Shown piece after piece: positions 56,275-64,000 of a DNA stretch of 64,000 nt. A model generated the notes under the pieces. It saw only the letters and a list, made by a program, of their open reading frames with translations, had not been told where the DNA came from and searched no databases. The DNA comes from an uncultured bacterium. Its GTDB lineage: Bacteria; Patescibacteriota; Saccharimonadia; UBA4664. Position numbers and translations under genes: made by a program. Positions within the stretch are counted from its first letter, which is position 1, and each line of letters opens with the position of its first letter. The stretch spans positions 740,840-804,839 of the forward strand of contig CAVUEQ010000001.1 in the NCBI GenBank assembly GCA_963740635.1, given 5' to 3'.

Positions 56275-57996
56275 TCACTTTACGTCTACGCAGTATGGAG
56301 CGGCGGCGCCGTCGAGCAGGGTGTAGAGCGCTAGGTAGCGGGTGCCGGTGGCGCCAGGCGTGTGGGCGGGGCCGGTGCAGGAGCCGCCGGGCTGGTACTG
56401 GATTTGGCCGGCCGCGGTGGGGGCTGTCTTGGCTACCACGTAGGGCTGGCCGGTGCCGGGATCAGTTGCGCTAACTGAGACGGCCGGCGGGTTGACGGGG
56501 TAGAAACCGTTTTTGCTAATGGCCTTGTAGGCCGCGGCGAAGGCGGCCAGGTCTGATTGGCGCTGGGCATTGGCCGCGGCCACATCCGGGGTGGGGACGG
56601 GAGTGGGGGTGGCGTCTGAGCCGAGCACGCTCGAGCCGGTGTCGCTGGTTTTGGGCGTGGGAGTAGGCGCCGGCGAGGGGCTCGACGGCTTGGCGATAAT
56701 CATGAACACCGCGCCGCCGCCGATGAGCAATAGCACGGCAAACGTGGCAATTAACGCGAGCTGGCGCCCGCGCGAGAGGGGCTGAGGGTGCGTGACCGGC
56801 TGCACCGGGGGCTTGGCGGGCTGCGGCGCCGACGAGGCCAGCGGGGCCGGGGGCGGGGTTCCGGGGGCCGGTGCGGACGGTGCCGCTGGAGTAGCCGGCG
56901 GTGAGACCTCGGGGGTGGCGGGCTCGGATGGCGGGGCGGTCAACGTGGTGGCTTCGGGAGTGTCGGTCTGGGCCTCGGGGGCTGCGGGAGGCTCTGGGGC
57001 CGCCGGCGTGTCCGGAGCGGGCGGCGCGGCATCCTCCGACTCAGCTGGTTTTTCGGGTTCGTCCTCCCGTTCAGCGGCTGGGTCTTCGGACCCGGCAGTT
57101 CCGTCAGGTTTATCTTCATCTTGGCCGGCCGGAACGGGCTTATCCTCTTCTTCGGCGGCAGGACTGTCTGCGTCTGGCTTCTCAGCGCCCCCGGCCGGAT
57201 TCGTGTCTTCTTCGGCCGGCTCGGTGTCTTCTTCGGCCGGCTCCGCATCCTTATCGGACTCCTCCGGCTCCTTGGCATCCGTCTCGGGCGTGGCATCGGG
57301 ACCGGCGGTGGTTTCGGCGCTGGCAGCGTCAGCAATTGCGGCCACGGCGGCCACGGCCGGGCTGGAAGACAAGGCCGTTTGCGGCTCGAGAGTTTCGTTG
57401 GCCTCGGGCTCGGGCTCGGCCTTGGCTGCGCCTTGCAGCTCGGCGATCGACTCTTGCAAGACCTTTTCGGGCGGCTCGTCTACATCTGTGACCACCGCCG
57501 CCGGTTCGGCTGCGGCTTCGGCCACGGGTGTTTTGTCGGCCTCAGGCGGTTCGTCAGCTTCGGGCTTGTCAGTTTCGGGCTTGCCGGTCTTCAGCAGTTT
57601 GTCATCACCATGCGTTTTGATCACGGCCGCGGGCTTGTCATCATCTTCTTTGGATTCGTTTTCATCGACCTTTTCGGCCTCGGGCTCATCGGATTTATCG
57701 GCCTCATCGGGCTTATCGACCTTCTCGACCTTCTCGGCCTCATCGGGTTTCTCGGGCTCATCAGGTTTCAGTGGCTCTTCTGGTTCGTCGGATTTTGCCG
57801 GTTCGTCAGCTGTTGCGGGTTCCGGGTCCGGCTTCGGCGCATCGTGCCCGTGCAGGATCGGGGGCATGGCGTCTTCAATTTTCTGCTTGTCAGCGTCGCT
57901 CAGGATTTCGACATGACCGCATTCCATGCATAACCAGCCGGCTTTCGACTGGACCATTTCGTTGCCGCAATTTGAGCACTTCATGGAATCAAGCAT
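56275..57996 (-). CDS. Zinc-ribbon / about 350-aa acidic Pro/Glu/Asp-rich disordered region / TM / pseudopilin-like C-terminal domain (paralog 2).
   Basis: MKCSNCGNEMVQSKAGWLCMECGH. TM LALIATFAVLLLIGGGAVFMII. C-terminal AQRQSDLAAFAAAYKAISKNGFYP...ATDPGTGQPYVV. Confidence 0.7.
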   Translation of the reverse strand: MLDSMKCSNCGNEMVQSKAGWLCMECGHVEILSDADKQKIEDAMPPILHGHDAPKPDPEPATADEPAKSDEPEEPLKPDEPEKPDEAEKVEKVDKPDEADKSDEPEAEKVDENESKEDDDKPAAVIKTHGDDKLLKTGKPETDKPEADEPPEADKTPVAEAAAEPAAVVTDVDEPPEKVLQESIAELQGAAKAEPEPEANETLEPQTALSSSPAVAAVAAIADAASAETTAGPDATPETDAKEPEESDKDAEPAEEDTEPAEEDTNPAGGAEKPDADSPAAEEEDKPVPAGQDEDKPDGTAGSEDPAAEREDEPEKPAESEDAAPPAPDTPAAPEPPAAPEAQTDTPEATTLTAPPSEPATPEVSPPATPAAPSAPAPGTPPPAPLASSAPQPAKPPVQPVTHPQPLSRGRQLALIATFAVLLLIGGGAVFMIIAKPSSPSPAPTPTPKTSDTGSSVLGSDATPTPVPTPDVAAANAQRQSDLAAFAAAYKAISKNGFYPVNPPAVSVSATDPGTGQPYVVAKTAPTAAGQIQYQPGGSCTGPAHTPGATGTRYLALYTLLDGAAAPYCVDVK

Positions 57997-58037
57997 ACCA
58001 TAACTCTTATGCTACGTTTAGCAAGGCTGGCAAGTGA

Positions 58038-58499
58038 TCAGAAACTGGGGTTAATGTCGATCCGGTCGAGGCCGTGATCTTCGAGCTCTGCCCGGTAGCG
58101 TTCTTCGTGCGGACGCAGATCGAGCAGGTCATCATCGCGGTTTACATGGTCGGCGTCGACGCCGCGCTCGCGGGCCAGGTCGCGCAGGGCCAAGCGCTCG
58201 GTCAATTCATCCCAAAAGGTGTGGTCGTCGTAGTCTAGGATATAGTCGTCGTAAAGCCGCTCGGTCCACTCCGACTTCATGAAATATTCACCGGTTTCGG
58301 CATCGAGGTCAACGTCGGGGAGCTTGTGGTCCGCCAACAGTTTCTGGACGGTTTTGGTGGCGTCTTCATCCTGGAACTCAGTGTCGTGCTGAGCATTAAT
58401 CATCCACTCGCCGAGGTAGGCCAGCTCCACCAGCTTGCGAAATTCCTCAGATGTAAATTCTAATTTCACCACGGGCGCGGGCTCACTCTTTTTAAGCAA
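58038..58499 (-). CDS. Acidic cytoplasmic hypothetical protein.
   Basis: 153 aa, Asp/Glu-rich. No motif recognised. Confidence 0.45.
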   Translation of the reverse strand: MLKKSEPAPVVKLEFTSEEFRKLVELAYLGEWMINAQHDTEFQDEDATKTVQKLLADHKLPDVDLDAETGEYFMKSEWTERLYDDYILDYDDHTFWDELTERLALRDLARERGVDADHVNRDDDLLDLRPHEERYRAELEDHGLDRIDINPSF

Positions 58500-58538
58500 T
58501 GCGCCTATTTTAGACGATGTTGGGCTTGGTTGCGACTG

Positions 58539-59687
58539 TTAAAGGGCGCCGAGGCCGGCCAATGTGCCCGCCCCGGTGGGGCCGTCGTAGCCGGCGCCGG
58601 CCCGGCAGAGGTAACTTGAGCAGCTACCGGTGACGCCGGAGGTGATGTCATGGAGCCGGCTTGTACCGAGGGAGCCGTATAGGCGGCTGAACAGCGTGGT
58701 CTGCGACACCGGACCGGCGAGACCGATGAGGCCTGCCACCAGCGGAGCCGCCAGGCTGGTGCCGCCGACCGTGAACCAACCGGCGCCATTCGGGCTGGTA
58801 CCCGTGTAGATCGCCGCGCCGGTGGCAGGGTCGGCATCGGCGGAAACGTCGGCCATGGTGCGCCGGGCGCAGCCGGCGTCGTGCTGCCAGGACGGCTTAG
58901 CCTCGTATTTGCTGCAGCCGGACCCTGAACCGGCCCAAGCGGTTTCGCCGGCGCGCGCTCCACCGGGGGCGAGAGCGAGGCGCGTGCCCCCGACTGCCAC
59001 AACCCGGGGAGATGCTGCCGGCCAGCTGGTGCCGTAGCCCGAGTCGCCGGATGATGCCACGAAGTCGACATTAGTTGGAAAGTGGGCGTCAGAGCTGATC
59101 TCGGAGGCGGTTTCTGATCCGCCCCAGGACATAGAGACGATTTGCGCGCCGGATCGTACTGCCTGGTCGACGGCGGCAATGAGGTTGGCGGTGGAGGCGG
59201 TTGTAGCCTGGACGAGCTCTATGCGGCACCCGGGACACACAGCGTGTGCGGCCTCCACGTCGAGCGCGGTCTCAACCGCCCACCCTTTGTTGGTCGAGGG
59301 GTAGTGCCGTCCGCCGGACTGATCGGTCTTTTCGAAACAGCCCGTTTGCGACTGGCTGGTGCAAGCCGGCATCACCGGCAGACGGAAAACGCGGCTGTAG
59401 TTGTCGAGGTCGGCTTTGATGGTGGGGTCGCCATAGGCGTCCACGATGGCGATTTTGGCCGAACCGGAGCCGGCGGCGCCATAGGCGGAGCGGAAATTCG
59501 CCGGGGTGTAACCGGCTGGACCGCCGGCCGGGTTGGCCGACAGTACCTGGGCAAAACAGCCGGCCCGGGTGGATGTGGGCTGGCTGCATTGAGCGACCGG
59601 TGTGGCAGCCGCGGCGGCGCGAGGAACCAGATTAATTGTGAGACTGGAAAGGATGGAACAGAGGATCAGAAAAGCACGGATGGTCAT
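58539..59687 (-). CDS. Secreted S53 (sedolisin-like) family serine peptidase.
   Basis: Signal peptide. ETALDVEAAH (catalytic Glu region), SGDSG, GGTSLAAP (Ser) motifs. Confidence 0.7.
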   Translation of the reverse strand: MTIRAFLILCSILSSLTINLVPRAAAAATPVAQCSQPTSTRAGCFAQVLSANPAGGPAGYTPANFRSAYGAAGSGSAKIAIVDAYGDPTIKADLDNYSRVFRLPVMPACTSQSQTGCFEKTDQSGGRHYPSTNKGWAVETALDVEAAHAVCPGCRIELVQATTASTANLIAAVDQAVRSGAQIVSMSWGGSETASEISSDAHFPTNVDFVASSGDSGYGTSWPAASPRVVAVGGTRLALAPGGARAGETAWAGSGSGCSKYEAKPSWQHDAGCARRTMADVSADADPATGAAIYTGTSPNGAGWFTVGGTSLAAPLVAGLIGLAGPVSQTTLFSRLYGSLGTSRLHDITSGVTGSCSSYLCRAGAGYDGPTGAGTLAGLGAL

Positions 59688-59770
59688 CGGGAAACTCCAT
59701 TAGTGTCCCGATGTTCGCTCTTTGTTCGGCTTTTGTCAATGCTTTTTTCAGATGGGCTTGGTTGCGACTG

Positions 59771-60956
59771 TTAAAGCGCGCCCAGGCCGATGGGGGCGCC
59801 CACGCCGGTGGGGCCGTCGTAGCCGGAGACGGCAGTGCAGAGGTAGGCCGGGCTGCAGGAGCCGTTGCTGCCGGAAGTGACGTCGTAAAGGCTCGAGGCG
59901 CTGGAGGATCGAGTAGAGCTTATCGAGCACGGCCGATTGGTCGCCGTCACCGGCGAGACTCACGAGCGAGGCGATGAGGGGCGTCGACAAGCTGGTGCCG
60001 CCCACCTGGAACCACCCGCTGCCGTAGGGCGTGTAGCTGGCGTATATGGCGGCGCCGGTGGCGGGGTCGGCCACGGCCGCGACGTCGGCGACGGTGCGCT
60101 TCGAGCAGCCGGCGTCGTGCTGCCTGGCCGGCTTGGCCTCGTAGGCGCTGCAGCCGGAGCCGCCGTCGGACCAGGCGGTTTCGGTGTCGCGGCCGCCGAG
60201 TGAGTTCAGTGTGAGGCTGGTGCCCCCGGCCGCGATCACCCGCCCGCTAGCCGCCGGCCAGCTGGCGCCGTAGCCCCAGTCGCCAGTGGCGGCCACGAAG
60301 CTGACGCCGGTGGGGGCGAAGTGCGAGTCGTAGGCGGTTTCGCCGGACCACTCGTCCGCGCCCCAGGACATGGAGACCACGGTGTTGCCGAGGGTGGCGG
60401 CGCGGTCAACCGCTACCATGAGGTTGTTGATGGAGGAACTGCGGGCCTCAATGAGGTCGATGCGGCAGGTGGGGCAGACGGCGTGCACGGTTTGGACGTC
60501 GAGCGCGCTCTCAAACGCCCAGCCCCGGTTGCGCTGGGGGTAGAAGGTGCCGCCGCTCTGGTCGAATTTGGCGAAGCAGCCGGTGGTGACTTTGCGGCTG
60601 CAGTTGGGCAATACCGGCAAGCCGAAGGTGGTGGAGTATTTGTCGAGGTCGGACTTGGCGTAGGGATTGTCGTAGGCCACCACCACCGCCACGCGGCCGC
60701 CGCTGCTATCGGGCACTTTGTAGGCGCTGCGGAGTTGGGCCGGGCTGAGGCCGGGGGGCAACGTAGCCGCGGGCGTTACTTTGCCGTCGGGGCGGGCGCG
60801 GACCTTGGCCAGGCAGGCCACGTCTCCCGTGCTGGCGGCCGAGCACACGGCCAGGTTGCGCTGCACATCATGACCAGGAGTATTATGGCTCTGCGGAGCC
60901 GCAAACGGCAGCCATGATGTTAATAAGACGAGGGCAGAAACGACTTGATGTACCAT
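59771..60956 (-). CDS. S53 peptidase paralog, a tandem duplicate, with a C-terminal frameshift near about 59885. The start codon overlaps the tpiA stop (TAATG).
   Basis: ESALDVQTVH, TGDWG, GGTSLSTP motifs. After LDKLYS the frame shifts; the alternate frame gives ...DVTSGSNGSCSPAYLCTAVSGYDGPTGVGAPIGLGAL*, matching paralog 1. The 3' flank GGGCTTGGTTGCGACTGTTAAAG is shared with paralog 1. Confidence 0.7.
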
Positions 60957-61714
60957 TATTTTTTATACCCCTGTACAGCTTTAACAATTTTGGAAAACTC
61001 GGCAAAATTTAAACTGGCGCCGCCCGGCAGCAGCCCCATCACACCATCGATGCCCAAGATGGCCGGGACGAATTCGGAGGCCACACTGGCGCCATAGATT
61101 ACTTGGACGCCGGCGCTGGCAGCCTCCCCGTAGAGCTCCTCGATGGTGGTACGGATAGCGGAGATGGCCGGCCGGATTTGCTCAGGTGTAGCGGGCGTGC
61201 CGCTGCCGATGGCCCAGACCGGCTCGTAGGCCACCACGATCTTGGCGACGTCCTCGTCGGTCAGCATTACCAGATTCGCGGTCAGCTGGCCGGTGACAAC
61301 TTTTGTGGACAGGCCGTGGTGGCGGTCGTGGAGGTTCTCGCCCACGCAGAGGACCGGAGTGAGGCCGTTGCGAATAACGGCCGCGAGCTTCTGGGCGATG
61401 AGGGCGTCGGTTTCGCCGAGGGCGCGGCGCTCGGAATGGCCCACGATGACGTATTGCGCGAGCCCGCGGAGCATGGCGGCGGAAATTTCGCCCGTGTAGG
61501 GGCCTTCGTCGAGGTGGTGGGCGGTTTGGGCGCCCAGCTTAAACTTCTTGTGGTCGATTTCTTTGGACAGCGGGTAGAGGTCAATAAACGGGGCGCATAG
61601 CACCACTTCGGTGCCCGGCTTGGCCTCAATGTGTTCGTCGAGCCGACCAACGAGCAAGCTGGCCTCCCCTGGGCCAAGGTGCATCTTCCAGTTGCCTACG
61701 ACTAAGCGTTTCAT
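60956..61714 (-). CDS. tpiA: Triosephosphate isomerase. Start taken at the internal Met MKRLVVGNWKMH.
   Basis: VVGNWKMH. Catalytic AYEPVWAIGSG. Confidence 0.9.
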   Translation of the reverse strand: MKRLVVGNWKMHLGPGEASLLVGRLDEHIEAKPGTEVVLCAPFIDLYPLSKEIDHKKFKLGAQTAHHLDEGPYTGEISAAMLRGLAQYVIVGHSERRALGETDALIAQKLAAVIRNGLTPVLCVGENLHDRHHGLSTKVVTGQLTANLVMLTDEDVAKIVVAYEPVWAIGSGTPATPEQIRPAISAIRTTIEELYGEAASAGVQVIYGASVASEFVPAILGIDGVMGLLPGGASLNFAEFSKIVKAVQGYKK

Positions 61715-61806
61715 GTTCCCCGTTATGATAACGCTTATGTAGAAATGTGTCGATCTGTTCTTGAAACCCGGCGCCGTTCCCACAAAGCGGGTTGCCAATT
61801 CCTCAA

Positions 61807-61851
61807 AACTAGGTATTCTAATCACCTACTAAGTGATTGGAATACCTAGTT
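61807..61851. promoter_or_regulatory. 19-bp near-perfect inverted repeat with 7-nt spacer about 20 nt upstream of the second PadR gene. Candidate autoregulatory operator.
   Basis: AACTAGGTATTCTAATCAC-ctactaa-GTGATTGGAATACCTAGTT. Confidence 0.5.
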
Positions 61852-61870
61852 ACACGAAAAGGATAGTTGA

Positions 61871-62392
61871 ATGAGACTGGCTGACAGAAATATTTATAAA
61901 CCGCCACTGGATCCGACCACGCTATATGTGCTCCTGGCACTAGTAGATAGTGACCGGCATGGGTACGGAATACTGAATCGGGTGTGGAACTTGTCGCGGT
62001 CGGCTGTACAGCTCAAAACGGGCAATCTGTATCCGCTACTGGAGCGATTGGTGAGGGCTAGGTTAATCGAGGGGGCGGGCGCGAGGCCAACGCGGCACTC
62101 GGAGCTACCGAGGAAGCACTACACACTCACGAAAATGGGAATGATCCTATTAAAGGCGGAGCTCCAGCGTATGCAATATGTGGTGGCGGTCGGCGAATCA
62201 GAGGGACTGTTTGGCGATAAGGTGCCGCTCGATATTCAGGCGCTACTTGTCGAGCAGGGCCTCGAGGCCGGGAAGCTTGTTGCCGCTCATGAGCTCGAGG
62301 CTGGCACCGCCGCCGGTAGAGACCCAGGTGAATTTGTCGTGGAGGCCGGCGCCGTCCACGAAGCCGGCCGTGTCGCCGCCGCCGATGATTGA
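61871..62392 (+). CDS. PadR-family transcriptional regulator (paralog of 20109..20513). The 3' end is uncertain because the ORF runs into the antisense of pgk.
   Basis: LYVLLALVDSDRHGYGILNRV...GNLYPLLERL is a PadR signature. C-terminus VPLDIQALL parallels MPLDLQRL of paralog 1. Confidence 0.6.
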   Translation: MRLADRNIYKPPLDPTTLYVLLALVDSDRHGYGILNRVWNLSRSAVQLKTGNLYPLLERLVRARLIEGAGARPTRHSELPRKHYTLTKMGMILLKAELQRMQYVVAVGESEGLFGDKVPLDIQALLVEQGLEAGKLVAAHELEAGTAAGRDPGEFVVEAGAVHEAGRVAAADD

Positions 62393-63427
62393 GATGGCGC
62401 CGGGCAGCTTGATGATGGCCTCGGCCATGGCCTCGGTGCCGGCGGCAAATTCCGGCACCTCGAATTTGCCGAGGGGGCCGTTCCAGATGACAGTGCACTT
62501 ATTGTCGAAATCGAGAAACGCGTAGACGGCCGGGCCGAGAGTAGCGGCAAAGGCCGGCGCGACGTCGGCGATGTAGTCATCATCTTTGACGGCGGCGAGC
62601 TTCACCGTGCGCACGTCTTTGGCTTCGTCGAGCGATTTTGACACCACCACGGTGTCGGGCAGGAAAAGTTGGCAGTCTTCTTTGGCGGCCAATTTGAGCA
62701 GGCGGTTGCACTCTTCGACGAGGTCGGGTTCGGCCAGGGATTGGCCGATCGCGTGGCCTTGGGCCAGGAAAAACGTGTTGGCCATGGCTCCGCCGAGAAA
62801 GAGCGCATCGACCTTGGGGATGAGGTTTTCGAGCACCGGCACTTTGGTCGACACTTTGGCGCCGGAGATTATGGCCACGAGCGGGCGGTTGGGGTGCTCG
62901 AGTTTGCCCTGGATGTACTCCACCTCTTGTTCGACCTGCAGCCCCGACACTGCCGGCAGGTGCTTGGGGATGCCCACGATGGAGGCGTGCTCGCGGTGTA
63001 AGGTGGTGAAGTCGTCCTCCACGAAAAGGTCGCCGAGCGCGGCGATGGCTTTGGCGAAGCCGGCGTCGTTGGCCTCCTCTTCCGGGTGGAAGCGCAGGTT
63101 TTCCATCAACAGGACGTCGCCGGGTTGGAGGGCTTCGGCCGCAGATTTGGCCTCGTCTGAGAGCACATCGGCCACAAATTTCACGGGGCGGTCCAAGAGC
63201 TTCTGGAGTACCGGCGCCACCGGGGCCAGGCTGGTCCCCTCTTTGCTGTGGTGGCTGAGCAGTATTAGAGAGGCGCCATGATTGAGGAGATACCGGAGCG
63301 TAGGCAGTTCAGCTTTAATGCGGAAATCGTCGGTAACCTGGCCGTCCTTAATGGGAACATTGAATGGGACGCGAACCAGTACTTTCTGGTCTTTAACGTC
63401 GATGTCGCGGATAGTTTTTTTAGTCAT
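62243..63427 (-). CDS. pgk: Phosphoglycerate kinase.
   Basis: RVPFNVP N-terminus. Hinge and nucleotide-binding motifs (GGGASLELM...). 394 aa. Confidence 0.9.
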   Translation of the reverse strand: MTKKTIRDIDVKDQKVLVRVPFNVPIKDGQVTDDFRIKAELPTLRYLLNHGASLILLSHHSKEGTSLAPVAPVLQKLLDRPVKFVADVLSDEAKSAAEALQPGDVLLMENLRFHPEEEANDAGFAKAIAALGDLFVEDDFTTLHREHASIVGIPKHLPAVSGLQVEQEVEYIQGKLEHPNRPLVAIISGAKVSTKVPVLENLIPKVDALFLGGAMANTFFLAQGHAIGQSLAEPDLVEECNRLLKLAAKEDCQLFLPDTVVVSKSLDEAKDVRTVKLAAVKDDDYIADVAPAFAATLGPAVYAFLDFDNKCTVIWNGPLGKFEVPEFAAGTEAMAEAIIKLPGAISIIGGGDTAGFVDGAGLHDKFTWVSTGGGASLELMSGNKLPGLEALLDK

Positions 63428-63486
63428 ACGGTAAAGTTTATTAGAGTATTACAATAAAGCCAACGCTCACTAATAAGGAGAGGCTT

Positions 63487-64000
63487 ATGCCGGCCGAAGC
63501 GGTAGTGTTTAACAAAGTCGAGAAGGTCTACGACAAAACGTTTAAGGCTTTGGACGGGTTGAGCTTTTCGATACACGAGGGCGAGCTGTACGGGCTAATC
63601 GGCCCGAACGGCGCGGGCAAAACCACCGGCATCCGGGTGTTGACGGGTTTACAACGGGCTTCGGCCGGCGAGGTGACGGTGCTGGGACATAGGCCGCAGG
63701 ACCCGGCGGTGCGCCCGAGTATCGGCTACATGCCGCAGGAGACGGCGCTGTATCTGGATTTGACCGTGCGCGAGAATCTGGAATTGTTTGGCCGGTTGTA
63801 CGACATGAAACGCGACGCCCTGCGCGCGCGCATTGATGAACTGCTTGAGTTTGTGAACCTCACCGACTGGGCCGGCAAGGTCATCACGCAACTGTCGGGC
63901 GGCATGCAGCACCGGGCGTCGCTGGCGGCGGCGCTGCTGCCCAAGCCGCGGCTGGTGGTGCTCGACGAGCCGACGGTCGGCGTGGATCCGGAGCTGCGCG
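63487..64000 (+). CDS. ABC transporter ATP-binding protein (partial, continues past the window end).
   Basis: Walker A GPNGAGKTT, signature LSGGMQHR, Walker B LVVLDEPT. SD aaggagagg upstream. Confidence 0.85.
   Translation, partial: MPAEAVVFNKVEKVYDKTFKALDGLSFSIHEGELYGLIGPNGAGKTTGIRVLTGLQRASAGEVTVLGHRPQDPAVRPSIGYMPQETALYLDLTVRENLELFGRLYDMKRDALRARIDELLEFVNLTDWAGKVITQLSGGMQHRASLAAALLPKPRLVVLDEPTVGVDPELR

Noticed and set aside
52098-57933. Plus-strand ORFs 52098..53012, 53583..54185, 56792..57916 and 57121..57933 opposite pcrA and the ZnR-pilin-like genes.
   Set aside because: Antisense to well-supported genes. Gly/Ala/Ser/Val-rich, with no start context.

Overview
This is a high-GC (about 65%) bacterial chromosomal window, densely packed and mostly transcribed on the minus strand. 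It carries housekeeping genes: gdh, a disrupted glnA, kbl/tdh, obg, mltG-ruvX, ftsA with FtsB-like genes, a disrupted alaS, mnmA, a cysteine desulfurase, tatD, metG, rsmA/ksgA, pyrH, pcrA/uvrD, tpiA and pgk. Three ABC transporter loci are present. Two tRNA-Ala genes encode their CCA ends. The lineage is unclear; the compact overlapping genes and pilin-like domains suggest a Gram-positive-like or CPR-like organism. Interspersed with the core genes are several features that look accessory or mobile. There are AT-rich islets carrying an HTH/LAGLIDADG-like ORF, a Fic-HTH gene beside the tRNAs, a HEPN-like gene and a DUF3800 gene. A RAYT (IS200-like Y1) transposase is flanked by REP-like repeats. 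At least three families of small palindromic, MITE/REP-like intergenic repeats occur, each found twice in the window. Two non-coding gaps of about 650-740 bp have strong hairpins. The most unusual region is a co-directional, tightly spaced cluster: pgk-tpiA, tandem-duplicated S53 (sedolisin-like) peptidases, an acidic protein, and two paralogous proteins built as zinc-ribbon / single TM / pseudopilin-like domain. Several genes carry localized frameshifts (glnA x2, alaS x3, S53 copy 2, the repeat protein), including essential alaS. Local assembly indel errors are therefore a competing explanation for the apparent pseudogenes. Coordinates I derived by hand may be off by 1-2 nt.
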